In this document: one piece after another, positions 26,918-36,589 of the stretch | How the letters are laid out: each line of letters begins with the position of its first letter | Numbering within the stretch: the stretch's first letter is position 1 | From: Alphaproteobacteria bacterium | Lineage (GTDB): Bacteria; Pseudomonadota; Alphaproteobacteria; Micavibrionales; Micavibrionaceae | Direction of reading: 5' to 3' | Assembly: GCA_025451095.1 (NCBI GenBank) | Contig: JANWLB010000013.1 | Span: 4,244 to 68,243 of the forward strand | DNA length: 64,000 bases | Notes under the pieces: model-generated | Databases searched by the model: none | Told to the model about the DNA's origin: nothing | The model's input: the letters and a program-made list of their open reading frames with translations, nothing else | Position numbers and translations under genes: made by a program

Positions 26918-28512
26918 GCCGCCTTTGCGAATTTTCCGCCCAACGCGTCGCGGATCAGCGCCAGTGTCTCGTCACGTCCATAAAGGGCGATGAAAGTGCC
27001 AAAGCGCGGTCCCTGCGGCTGACCGATCAGAACCTCGTAAATCGCCTGAAACCACTGACGCAGATCTTCCTTGGCATAGCCGTTTTCCTTTCCGGCCGTA
27101 AAAACCTCGGTCTGCAGCGCTTCGGAATCCGCCGTGGCCGGCAGAACCTCAAGGCGGCGCATCAGATCTTCCAATGCCGCCCGCTCCCGCGCATCAGGAA
27201 GGCGGTAGGAGTTTGAGGGTCGGACGAAATCTTCGTAATAGCGCACTGCGTAAACGACGAGCCGATCGAGAAGATCGTTGCCTTCCGGCGTCACGCCCGG
27301 CGCATAACGGCGTATAAAACCCCACATCGTTTCCTTGTCATGGGCGTTGGCCGCGCTGGCCAGATTCAGAAGCAGCGCGAAATTGACCGGTGGCGGCTTC
27401 ACCTCCCTGCCCTCATGGATATACAGAGCAGGATTATCCAGAAGCTTGTCCGGCTCCGCCATCTGCTGGGGTATTTTTTCGACATAGGTCAGATATTCAT
27501 CGACCGCCTTGGGAATAATGTCGAAATACAACTTCTTGCCCGAAGAAGGGCGCAGATACATGTAATAGGCCAGGCTTTCGTTGGGCGCGTAGCGCAGCCA
27601 TTCTTCCATCGTCAGGCCGTTGCCTTTCGATTTGGAGATTTTTTCGCCTTTTTCATCGAGGAACAATTTGTAATGAAAGCCCTCCGGCGGCGTCTTTCCC
27701 AGCACCTTCAGAATTTTGCAGGCAATATCGCGGGAGCTTTGCAGATCCTCGCCCGCCATTTCATAGTCGGTGTCCAGCGTATACCAGTGCATCGCCCAGT
27801 CCGGCCGCCACTGCGCCTTGCAGTGCCCGCCCGTAACCGGCACCTCCGCTTTCGTGCCATCTTCGTCTTCAAAAACAACCGTTCCGCGCTCAGGGTGTGT
27901 TTCAAGGATGGCGACCTGCAGCACACGCCCGGTCTTCGGCGAAACGGGAAGAAACGGCGAATAGGTCTTCTTCCGGTCTTCGCCCAGAAGCGGCAGAACA
28001 ATATTCCGCACTTCCTCATGCTTGTGCAGCATCTTGAGCATGCCCTCATCCGTCTGACCGGATTTATAGCGCTCGGTCGATGAAATGAATTCGTAATCGA
28101 AACCGAAGGAATCCAGAAATTCGCGCAGGCGCGCATTATTATGCGCCGCGAAACTTTCATATTTGCCGAAGGGATCGGGCACACGGCTCAGCGGTATGCC
28201 CATATGCTGCGCCAGCATCTCCTTGTTCGGGACATTTTCCGGCACCTTGCGCAGGCCGTCCATGTCGTCCGAAAAACATACGATCTTTGTGGGAATGTCC
28301 GACAGGCACGTAAAGGCATAACGCACCATGGACGTCCGGCAGACCTCCCCGAACGTGCCGATATGCGGCAGCCCCGAAGGGCCATAGCCTGTCTCAAACA
28401 GCACATGGCCCTTTTCCGGGACCTTGCCGCCCAGGCGGCTCAAAACCTTCCGGGCTTCCTCAAAGGGCCAGGCACGGCATTTAAAAGCTGATTCGCGGTC
28501 TATTTTGTACAT
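26914..28512 (-). CDS. lysK: lysine--tRNA ligase, class I
   Basis: FETGYGPSGLPHIGTFGE (HIGH region) and KISKSKGNG (KMSKS). About 530 aa, as for alphaproteobacterial class I LysRS. Confidence 0.95.
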   Translation of the reverse strand: MYKIDRESAFKCRAWPFEEARKVLSRLGGKVPEKGHVLFETGYGPSGLPHIGTFGEVCRTSMVRYAFTCLSDIPTKIVCFSDDMDGLRKVPENVPNKEMLAQHMGIPLSRVPDPFGKYESFAAHNNARLREFLDSFGFDYEFISSTERYKSGQTDEGMLKMLHKHEEVRNIVLPLLGEDRKKTYSPFLPVSPKTGRVLQVAILETHPERGTVVFEDEDGTKAEVPVTGGHCKAQWRPDWAMHWYTLDTDYEMAGEDLQSSRDIACKILKVLGKTPPEGFHYKLFLDEKGEKISKSKGNGLTMEEWLRYAPNESLAYYMYLRPSSGKKLYFDIIPKAVDEYLTYVEKIPQQMAEPDKLLDNPALYIHEGREVKPPPVNFALLLNLASAANAHDKETMWGFIRRYAPGVTPEGNDLLDRLVVYAVRYYEDFVRPSNSYRLPDARERAALEDLMRRLEVLPATADSEALQTEVFTAGKENGYAKEDLRQWFQAIYEVLIGQPQGPRFGTFIALYGRDETLALIRDALGGKFAKAA

Positions 28513-28546
28513 GGCTTTTGCTTAGCAGTTTTTAGGCTATAATGGA

Positions 28547-29245
28547 ATGATGAAGCGCAAATATTCCTCCTGTTCGGGCAGTGCCCTGTGGATCATCCTT
28601 CTGGCAATCGCCCTCATGGCGGCCCTGACTGTCGTCATCATGCGCACCTCGGACACCACCGAGCAAAGCAAAAACAATGAGCGGATGCGGATCCAGGCCT
28701 CGGCCATGCTCCGCTATGCGGACAGTCTGGCGAAAGCCGTACAGCGCATGAATCTAAACGGCATATCCGAAAACGATATCAGCTTTGAAAACGACACAGT
28801 CCCCGGATACGCCAATGCCAACTGCCTCATCAGCGACTGCCGCCTGTTCGACACAAGCGGCGGCAGCGGTCTGGCCTACAGGCCGCCACCGGAAAATACG
28901 AATGACGGCAGCCCCTGGCTGTTCACCGGCGCCAACAATATTACGGGCGTGAACACGGACGGCGGCGGCCCCGCCACCAGCAGCGACAATGAGCTCATGG
29001 TCATTCTCCCCCGGGTCGATCCCGCCCTTTGCGAGCGGATCAACATAGAGCTGGGGATGTCTTCAACGCTACAGGATACGGCCAAAGCGGATATCGCCAC
29101 GAAATTTACAGGCAGTTTTCCCGACGGCCAGACCATAGATCAGCCTGCGGGGACAAAAGCGGGATGTTTTGAAGGCAACCAGGACGGCGCCGGCACGGAT
29201 ATCAGCGGAACCTATTACTTTTACTATACCCTGATCGACCGCTAG
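28547..29245 (+). CDS. membrane-anchored hypothetical protein with a PilX/GspK-like N-terminus
   Basis: GSALWIILLAIALMAALTVVI resembles the N-terminal helix of minor pseudopilins. No other pilus genes are nearby. Confidence 0.45.
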   Translation: MMKRKYSSCSGSALWIILLAIALMAALTVVIMRTSDTTEQSKNNERMRIQASAMLRYADSLAKAVQRMNLNGISENDISFENDTVPGYANANCLISDCRLFDTSGGSGLAYRPPPENTNDGSPWLFTGANNITGVNTDGGGPATSSDNELMVILPRVDPALCERINIELGMSSTLQDTAKADIATKFTGSFPDGQTIDQPAGTKAGCFEGNQDGAGTDISGTYYFYYTLIDR

Positions 29246-29880
29246 CGTTGCCGGATGAAAGCCAGCTTTGCGCCCAGCGCAATGAAAAACCCGCCCAGCG
29301 TCCGGTCTATCCATTTTGACGCGCGTCGATAGGCTTCGCGCACCGGCCCCACACCCATCACCAGCGCCACCAGCGCGAACCAGACGAAGGCAGTGATCAT
29401 GCAAGCCAGCGCCAGGGCAACCTGCAGGGCCGGCGGGGTTGAGGGACCGACCATCTGGCTGAAAAGAGATACGAAGAAGAGCGTCGCCTTAGGATTTGTA
29501 ACTTCGGTCACAAAGCCGCTGAGAAAAGCCCGCCCGTCCGATTTTCCAGCTTCGCTCTTTTTGATCGCGAGAACCTTTACATCGATGCCCTTTGAACGCA
29601 GGGCCGATACGCCAATATAGATCAGGTAAGCCGCGCCCACCCACTTGACGATGTTAAACAGCATGATCGATTTTGAAATCAAAAGCCCGATACCCGCAAA
29701 CGTATAGGCGATATGCACACTGAGACCGATAGCAATCCCTGCGGCGGAAAAAATCCCGGCCCGCAGGGAATGGCCCAGCGTATTGCGCAAGATCATGAAA
29801 AAGTCGGGGCCCGGCGAAACCATGGCCATGACGAAAGCGGCATAGGCAATGACAACCGGCCAGAGACTTGTCATTGTCAT
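29242..29880 (-). CDS. LysE/RhtB-family amino-acid exporter
   Basis: From Met36 of the tracked ORF: VSPGPDFFMILRNTL, six TM segments, and NPKATLFF, the LysE-family motif. Confidence 0.85.
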   Translation of the reverse strand: MTMTSLWPVVIAYAAFVMAMVSPGPDFFMILRNTLGHSLRAGIFSAAGIAIGLSVHIAYTFAGIGLLISKSIMLFNIVKWVGAAYLIYIGVSALRSKGIDVKVLAIKKSEAGKSDGRAFLSGFVTEVTNPKATLFFVSLFSQMVGPSTPPALQVALALACMITAFVWFALVALVMGVGPVREAYRRASKWIDRTLGGFFIALGAKLAFIRQR

Positions 29881-29882
29881 CC

Positions 29883-30128
29883 TCAGCCTCCTGAGGGCGC
29901 CGGGGCGGCGAGGATTGGCGGCTCCGGCTTCTTTTCGGTGCAAGAGCCGACAACTCCGGTGGAAGACGCAGGCGCGGGCACACAAGCCCGAACCGCATCT
30001 GAAAAAGCAGCGCGCGCGGCACCCGGCGGCTTCGCATTTTCTGCCGCCCTGTCAGCGCGGATTTTATGCCCCAGCAGGCTGGTCGAAACCATCAATGTCG
30101 CCAGTAAAAGCGTGCGATGAAGCCTCAT
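29883..30128 (-). CDS. possible small secreted protein
   Basis: Signal-like N-terminus (MRLHRTLLLATLMVSTSLLG). Its stop lies 2 nt before the LysE start. High GC and low complexity make the call tentative. Confidence 0.3.
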   Translation of the reverse strand: MRLHRTLLLATLMVSTSLLGHKIRADRAAENAKPPGAARAAFSDAVRACVPAPASSTGVVGSCTEKKPEPPILAAPAPSGG

Positions 30129-30262
30129 TCTTTATCCTTCCTCAGCAGAAGCTACCCGCTTGCAAAAAATATGTCAATTTACGCGGCTTTCTTTGCCCAA
30201 AACACTCCAAAAAAGACTGAATTTCTTTGTCCGCTCCTTTGGCCGCGTGTTATCCCTAAGCC

Positions 30263-33046
30263 ATGTCCGTAATCACTCTTGAAAAGCCCCTTCCGGCAGC
30301 GGCTCCGGCACTGCCCGCTGTCCCGGTGCTGGCTGTCAATGCGCGGGAGGCCGCCCTGCTGTCCCCGGACGGGGAGATTTCCCTTTTGCCGCACGCGCGC
30401 GTTATCCCTGAGATTCAGGACCACCCCGTGATGCTCTGTCATGCTCCCTATACAAAACAGCGCCTCGGCGTCCCGACCCTGCCTGCCTTTGACGTGCTCG
30501 AGCTTTTCGCCTTCGTCCACCCGGCCCGCTTCTGCGTTCCCACGCCTGCCGGTCTTGCGCGCGCTCTGGAACTGGATACGCCACAACAGTTCGAGGATCT
30601 GCCGCTCACCCTTATGGCCGCCGCACAGGCACTGCTGACCGATATCCGGCAGGAGCCGCGCCGCAGCGGCAAGGCTGATCTTTTGGCCATCGCCGAAGTC
30701 ATGGGCCTGCAGGGCAAGGGCTGGAACTGGACCCCTTACATTTTTCAGGCGCTGGGCGAAACCTATGATCCTGCCCGGCCGGTCATGGCCAAAACCTCGC
30801 TCAATGTCTGGAAGCACCTGCCGGAATGGGCGGAGGAGGCACCGCTCCCGCCTTCAACCCACCACCCTGTCACCGGAGAGGAAAGCCGCCAGAAGCTGGC
30901 CGAGATGCTCAGCTCCGATTCCGAATCGAGGCCGCAGCAGGCCGAGTATGCCTCGACGCTTACAGCCGCCTTTCTTCCGGCCGAGGAGAATGGCGACGTA
31001 CACATGGTTCTGGCCGAAGCCGGAACGGGTATCGGCAAGACGGCCGGATATCTGGCGCCCGCCAGCGTCTGGACCGAGAAAAACGGCGGTACTGTCTGGG
31101 TCTCAACCTACACCAAGAACCTGCAGCGGCAGATTGACCAGGAACTGGACCGGCTCTACCCGGATTCCGCCGTGAAAAACATCAAGACCGCCGTACGCAA
31201 GGGACGGGAGAATTATCTTTGTCTGCTTAATCTGGACGACATGATTGCCGGAGCGCCGCTGGCCCGCGATCCGCGGCAGGCGCTTGCGGCGGGGTTAATG
31301 GCGCGCTGGGCCGAAGTGACGAAAGACGGCGACATGCAGGGCGGCGATTTTCACGGCTGGCTGCCCGGTCTTCTGGGACATGCCCGCACCCGTGGACTGG
31401 CGGACCAGCGCGGCGAATGCATTTATGCCGCCTGCGACCACTATCATAAATGCTTCGTCGAGCGAGCCACGCGAAAATCGCAGCGCGCCGCCATCGTCGT
31501 CGCCAACCATGCACTGGTCATGACGCGAACGGCGCTTGCCGGACCCAGCGAGATTTTACCGCAACGCTATATATTCGACGAAGGCCACCATCTTTTCGAT
31601 TCCGCCGACAGCGCCTTCTCCGCCCATCTGAGCGGACGCGAAACATCCGATCTGAGACGCTGGATACTGGGCAGCGAGGGCGGAAAGCGCAGCCGCGCTC
31701 GCGGCCTGTCGCGCCGGGTCGAAGACCTGATCGCCGGCGACGCCCCGTCTGAAACCCTCCTGCAGGACATTGTACACACGGCACATACGCTGGCGGGGCC
31801 CGACTGGCGTAAACGCATAAAAGACGGGCAGCCGCATGGCGCGACAGAGGAATTTCTGCATCTGGTCGGAAAACAGGTTCTTGCAAGATCCGAGGCGAAC
31901 AGCGGCCCCTATTCCCTTGAAACACATATACACCCCCTGATTGACGGTCTGGGCGACGCCGCTCACAAGCTCAGGGGCCGCCTGACCGATCTGCAAAAAC
32001 CCATGCGGGCGCTGGCCGTGCGGCTGCGCCGCCGGCTGGAGGAAAACGCCGCGACACTGGACACCGACACGCGCAAAAGGATCGATTCCGTCTGTGCCGG
32101 CCTGGAGCGCCGCGCGGAAAACACGATCGGCGGCTGGATCGCCATGCTGAAAACGCTGCAGCAGGGCAATGCGGACCCCGCCTTCGTCGACTGGATGGAA
32201 GTGGAACGGACGGAAGGCAAAATGACGGATATCGGCCTGTACCGCCACTGGGTTGATCCCATGACGCCTTTTGCCGCCGCGCTCAAGCCTCACGCCCATG
32301 GCATTGTCATCACCTCCGCCACGCTCTGCGACCGCACAGAAGAAAATGACGAGGACTGGCGCACTGCCTGCCGACGCACGGGCGCCGTCAACCTGTCTGA
32401 CGCTCCCATCGTTTTCAGCGCGCCCTCTCCGTATGATTATGCCGCCCAGACACGCGTTTTCATCGTGACAGATGTCCGCAAGGACGACATCGCCCAGGTC
32501 TCGGCCGCCTTCCGCGTCCTGTTTGAATCGGCGGGCGGCGGCGCACTCGGGCTGTTTACAGCGATCCAGCGCCTGCGCGCTGTACAGGAGCGCATTGCCG
32601 GGCCGCTTGAGGAAAGCCACATCGCCCTTTATGCGCAGCACGTGGATGTCATGGATACCGGCACGCTGGTCGATATTTTTCGTGCCGACCGCAACGCCTG
32701 CCTTCTGGGCACCGACGCTGTGCGCGACGGCATTGATATTCCCGGCGACGCGCTGCGGCTGCTTGTCTATGACCGTGTGCCCTGGCCGCGCCCCACCATC
32801 CTCCACAAAGCGCGGCAGGACTTGTTCGGCAAGCAGGCGTTCGATGACATGAGCATACGTCTGAAGCTCCGGCAGGCCTATGGCCGCCTGATCCGCCGGG
32901 CCACCGATCGGGGCGTTTTCGTGATGCTGGATTCGATGCTGCCCTCGCGCCTGCTGGGCGCCTTCCCCGAAGGGGTCGAGGTCAGCCGCCTCGGACTGGC
33001 GGACGCCGTCGCCCGGACCAGGGATTTCCTGCAGGGAAAGGAATGA
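30263..33046 (+). CDS. DinG/Rad3-family ATP-dependent DNA helicase with an Fe-S domain
   Basis: AEAGTGIGKT (Walker A), FDEGHHL (DEAH-like), four Cys (C..CIYAAC..C) in the Fe-S position, and a C-terminal helicase_C_2-like region. Confidence 0.85.
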   Translation: MSVITLEKPLPAAAPALPAVPVLAVNAREAALLSPDGEISLLPHARVIPEIQDHPVMLCHAPYTKQRLGVPTLPAFDVLELFAFVHPARFCVPTPAGLARALELDTPQQFEDLPLTLMAAAQALLTDIRQEPRRSGKADLLAIAEVMGLQGKGWNWTPYIFQALGETYDPARPVMAKTSLNVWKHLPEWAEEAPLPPSTHHPVTGEESRQKLAEMLSSDSESRPQQAEYASTLTAAFLPAEENGDVHMVLAEAGTGIGKTAGYLAPASVWTEKNGGTVWVSTYTKNLQRQIDQELDRLYPDSAVKNIKTAVRKGRENYLCLLNLDDMIAGAPLARDPRQALAAGLMARWAEVTKDGDMQGGDFHGWLPGLLGHARTRGLADQRGECIYAACDHYHKCFVERATRKSQRAAIVVANHALVMTRTALAGPSEILPQRYIFDEGHHLFDSADSAFSAHLSGRETSDLRRWILGSEGGKRSRARGLSRRVEDLIAGDAPSETLLQDIVHTAHTLAGPDWRKRIKDGQPHGATEEFLHLVGKQVLARSEANSGPYSLETHIHPLIDGLGDAAHKLRGRLTDLQKPMRALAVRLRRRLEENAATLDTDTRKRIDSVCAGLERRAENTIGGWIAMLKTLQQGNADPAFVDWMEVERTEGKMTDIGLYRHWVDPMTPFAAALKPHAHGIVITSATLCDRTEENDEDWRTACRRTGAVNLSDAPIVFSAPSPYDYAAQTRVFIVTDVRKDDIAQVSAAFRVLFESAGGGALGLFTAIQRLRAVQERIAGPLEESHIALYAQHVDVMDTGTLVDIFRADRNACLLGTDAVRDGIDIPGDALRLLVYDRVPWPRPTILHKARQDLFGKQAFDDMSIRLKLRQAYGRLIRRATDRGVFVMLDSMLPSRLLGAFPEGVEVSRLGLADAVARTRDFLQGKE

Positions 33047-33050
33047 GTTC

Positions 33051-34457
33051 ATGACGACTCTTTTCGCCTTTCCTCTGGAATACGAAGATCCGCTGGCCGT
33101 TTTTGCGCAATTCAAAAATGCGCCCTACAGCCTGTTTTTCGATAGCGCCGACCTCACGCATCCTTTAAGCCGCTACAGCTTCATTGCCTGCACGCCACAG
33201 GAAACAATAGAAGCCTCCGGCACCGATATCCTGATCACGAGAGGAAAAGAGCAAATTCGCCGCAAAGGCAATCCGTTTAATGCGGTGAAGGAAAGATTAA
33301 GCCAATTCCCCGCCCCGACCGCACGCGATGATCTTCCGCCGTTCCAGGGCGGTGCCGCCGGTTTCTTTGGCTACGATCTGGCCCGCACGCTGGAAAACCT
33401 GCCCACACAGTCCCGGGCAAACCCCAACCTGCCCGACATGTGCGTCGGTCTCTACGACCGGGTGATTGGCTACGACCATGAACGGCGACAGGCATGGATC
33501 ATGGCACTGGCCGAAAGCGAAGACGTCGCACGGCGAAACTGCCAGCCTTTTATATCCAAGCTGAAAGTCCCCAGACTCCTGCCGGCGCCCCTACCAAATT
33601 ACGAGCCGGACTGGCGCGCCTCATTTACGCGCGAAGCCTACGAGAAGGCGGTGGCGCATGTTATCGAGTACATTCACGCCGGCGACATTTTTCAGGCCAA
33701 TCTTTCGCAAAAATTTGAAGCCGATCTGCCGCCGGATTTTGACAGCTTTTCACATTACTGCCAGCTTCGTGAAATCAATCCCGCACCCTTTTCTGCCTAT
33801 ATGGATTTCGGAGCGCTAAAGCTCTCCTCCTCCTCGCCGGAAAGATTTCTTTATGTACGCGAAGGCGCCGTGGAAACGCGGCCAATCAAGGGTACGCGCC
33901 GCCGCCTGCCCCATCCGCAGCAGGAGGCCGCTATCAGGCACGAGCTTCTGAACAGCGAAAAAGACCGCGCGGAAAACGCTATGATCGTTGACCTTCTGCG
34001 AAACGACCTCTCGCGGGTGTGCGATGATTTTTCGGTCGAGGTGCCGCGCCTGTTCAACCTGGAGAGTTTTGCCGCCGTCCATCACCTTGTCTCCATTGTC
34101 ACCGGCCGCCTGAGGCCGAAGAAAGAAGCGCCGGACCTTCTGCAGGCCTGTTTTCCCGGCGGCTCCATTACCGGCGCTCCAAAAATACGCGCCATGCAGA
34201 TCATTGAAGAGCTGGAGCCGCAGCGGCGCGGCCCTTATTGCGGCGCCATGGGCTATATCGGATTCAATCGCACTATGGACACCAGCATCATCATACGCAC
34301 GCTGGTTTATGAAGGAAACAAGGTTAGCTTTTGCGTGGGCGGCGGCATTGTAGCTGATTCAAACCCCGCTGCGGAATATCAGGAAACCATGGACAAGGCT
34401 GACGCCTTGTTCCGCAGTTTCGCCGCGACCCCGGAGAAGGTGAGAAAATCGGCATGA
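33051..34457 (+). CDS. pabB: aminodeoxychorismate synthase component I
   Basis: Chorismate-binding motifs SSSPERF, IKGT.RR and FPGGSITGAPK. About 470 aa, followed by a GATase subunit. Confidence 0.85.
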   Translation: MTTLFAFPLEYEDPLAVFAQFKNAPYSLFFDSADLTHPLSRYSFIACTPQETIEASGTDILITRGKEQIRRKGNPFNAVKERLSQFPAPTARDDLPPFQGGAAGFFGYDLARTLENLPTQSRANPNLPDMCVGLYDRVIGYDHERRQAWIMALAESEDVARRNCQPFISKLKVPRLLPAPLPNYEPDWRASFTREAYEKAVAHVIEYIHAGDIFQANLSQKFEADLPPDFDSFSHYCQLREINPAPFSAYMDFGALKLSSSSPERFLYVREGAVETRPIKGTRRRLPHPQQEAAIRHELLNSEKDRAENAMIVDLLRNDLSRVCDDFSVEVPRLFNLESFAAVHHLVSIVTGRLRPKKEAPDLLQACFPGGSITGAPKIRAMQIIEELEPQRRGPYCGAMGYIGFNRTMDTSIIIRTLVYEGNKVSFCVGGGIVADSNPAAEYQETMDKADALFRSFAATPEKVRKSA

Positions 34458-35044
34458 TCCTGCTGATTGATAATTACGACTCCTTTGTCTACAACCTGGC
34501 CCGCTATGTCGGCCAGCTGGGCCAGGAACGCCATGTCGTACGAAATGACGCCATCACGCTTGAGGAAATCGCAGCTGAGCCGCCGGAAGCCATTATCATC
34601 TCTCCCGGCCCGTGCACGCCGCGGGAAAGTGGCATATGCCCCGCACTGATCCGCGAATTTTATAAAACCATACCCATCCTCGGGATATGCCTTGGCCACC
34701 AATGCCTGGGCGAAGCCTTTGGCGCGCAGACCGTACGCGCGCCCACTCCCCGTCATGGCAAGACCAGCGAAATTTTGCATGATGGCACGGGAATTTTTTC
34801 CGGCATCCCTTCACCCTTCCGGGCGGCCCGCTATCACTCCCTCATCATCCGCAACCCGGATTCCGCAGAAGTCAAAATCACCGCCGGCACCGACGGGCTT
34901 ATCATGGGCATCGAACACCTGCATTACCCTGCTTACGGGCTTCAGTTTCACCCTGAATCAGTTCTGACCGATTACGGCCCCACCCTCATGCGCAATTTTA
35001 TTGATATTGCGGCGCGCTGGAACGAACGGAGAATAGCCGCATGA
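34454..35044 (+). CDS. pabA: aminodeoxychorismate/anthranilate synthase component II (glutamine amidotransferase)
   Basis: ILLIDNYDSFVYNL, GICLGHQ (catalytic Cys) and QFHPES. ATGA overlaps on both sides. Confidence 0.85.
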   Translation: MILLIDNYDSFVYNLARYVGQLGQERHVVRNDAITLEEIAAEPPEAIIISPGPCTPRESGICPALIREFYKTIPILGICLGHQCLGEAFGAQTVRAPTPRHGKTSEILHDGTGIFSGIPSPFRAARYHSLIIRNPDSAEVKITAGTDGLIMGIEHLHYPAYGLQFHPESVLTDYGPTLMRNFIDIAARWNERRIAA

Positions 35045-35784
35045 ATATCCTGTCCGTCAACAACCTGAACAAATCTTTTGGCGACAAATCTGCTGTCAGC
35101 GGCATATCGTTCACCGTCAATTCCGGCGAGATTGTTGGACTTCTCGGACCGAACGGCGCCGGAAAGACGACAACGATTAATATGATTCTGGGAATCCTCC
35201 ACAGCGACAGCGGTACCGTTATTATCGACGGCATTGATATCCGCAAACATCGCAGCCGCGCCCTGGAAAGCGTCAATTTTGCCGCCGTCTATGCGCCGCT
35301 GCCCGGAAATCTGACCGTCCGGCAAAACCTCCATATTTTCTGCATGCTCTATAAAATAAAAAATACGCGTGAGCGCATCGCAGACGTTCTTGACCTGTTC
35401 GATCTGCAAAAGCTGGCGGATACAAAGCTGGGTCTTCTGTCCAGCGGCGAGCAGACCCGCGCCGCGCTGGCCAAGGCTTTTCTCAACAGCCCGAAACTCC
35501 TGCTGCTGGATGAGCCGACCGCATCTCTTGACCCTGCCACGGCCCAGGATATTCGCCGCCATATTCGCAGCTTTGCCGACAGCGGCAAGGCTGGCGTTTT
35601 ATGGACATCCCACAACATGAGAGAGGTGGAAGAAGTCTGCGACCGCGTCCTGTTCGTATCGCAGGGCCGGATCCTTATGGAAGGCGATCCGAAAACGCTG
35701 GCCGGCCTGAACGGACAGAAAACGCTTGAAGATCTTTTCGTCGCCATAGCGCGTGAGCCGCTTACGGAACAGGAGGCCGCCTGA
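35041..35784 (+). CDS. ABC transporter ATP-binding protein
   Basis: GPNGAGKTT (Walker A), LSSGEQ (signature) and LLLLDEPT (Walker B). Confidence 0.9.
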   Translation: MNILSVNNLNKSFGDKSAVSGISFTVNSGEIVGLLGPNGAGKTTTINMILGILHSDSGTVIIDGIDIRKHRSRALESVNFAAVYAPLPGNLTVRQNLHIFCMLYKIKNTRERIADVLDLFDLQKLADTKLGLLSSGEQTRAALAKAFLNSPKLLLLDEPTASLDPATAQDIRRHIRSFADSGKAGVLWTSHNMREVEEVCDRVLFVSQGRILMEGDPKTLAGLNGQKTLEDLFVAIAREPLTEQEAA

Positions 35785-36587
35785 TGATCCCCGTCAGACC
35801 CGCCCTTTCCATCGCCATGCGTCAGTTTTACCTGCTTCGCAGCAGCTTTCCCCGCGTCATACAGCTGTTTATCTGGGTGGCAGTGGATATGATCATGTGG
35901 GGATTCATGACGACATATCTTAATAAAATATCAGCGCCGGGTTACAATTTCGTGACTGTGCTGCTGGGCGGCGTGTTTTTGTGGGACATCCTTATTCGCA
36001 TCATGCAGGGCACGACACTGACCTATATGGAAGACAGCTGGTCCCGCAACCTTTTCAATCTTTTTGTTTCGCCCCTGACCGTAGGCTCTTATCTAACCGG
36101 CCTTATTCTTGCCAGCGTTATGACGAGCACCGTCGGCATTGCTGTCATGATCATACTGGCCCGCGGCATTTTCGGCCTTTCCCTGCTTACCTACGGGCTC
36201 GCGCTATTTCCGTTTCTTCTTATCCTGTTTTTATTCGGCATTGCCCTGGGGATTCTGGGCTGCGGCCTCATGCTCAGGCTGGGGCCCTCGGCCGAATGGC
36301 TGGTCTGGCCTATTCCCTTCGTGGTATCCCCTTTTGCCGGCGTATTTTACCCACTGGCTACCCTGCCACACTGGATGCAGGAGATATCCCGGCTCGTTCC
36401 CGTATCCTATGTTTTTGAAAACATACGGAAGGTCGCCAGCGGTGGCGTCCTGTCGGTGCCGGATATGATAACCGGGCTGGCGCTGGCCGCCATTTATGTC
36501 GCGCTTTCCTCCCTGTTCTTTGTTGGCGTTTTCCGCCGGGCGCTGCGCGTCGGCTCCATCGCCCGCTACAGCGCGGAGAGCTTCTGA
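35784..36587 (+). CDS. ABC-2 type transporter permease
   Basis: 267 aa with about 6 TM segments. The start overlaps the ATPase stop (TGATG). Confidence 0.8.
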   Translation: MIPVRPALSIAMRQFYLLRSSFPRVIQLFIWVAVDMIMWGFMTTYLNKISAPGYNFVTVLLGGVFLWDILIRIMQGTTLTYMEDSWSRNLFNLFVSPLTVGSYLTGLILASVMTSTVGIAVMIILARGIFGLSLLTYGLALFPFLLILFLFGIALGILGCGLMLRLGPSAEWLVWPIPFVVSPFAGVFYPLATLPHWMQEISRLVPVSYVFENIRKVASGGVLSVPDMITGLALAAIYVALSSLFFVGVFRRALRVGSIARYSAESF

Positions 36588-36589
36588 TC

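Noticed and set aside
31556-33115. 519-aa ORF on the - strand
   Set aside because: It is antisense to the DinG-like helicase, which has Walker A, DEAH-like and Fe-S motifs. Its composition is low-complexity and Arg/Gly/Ala-rich.
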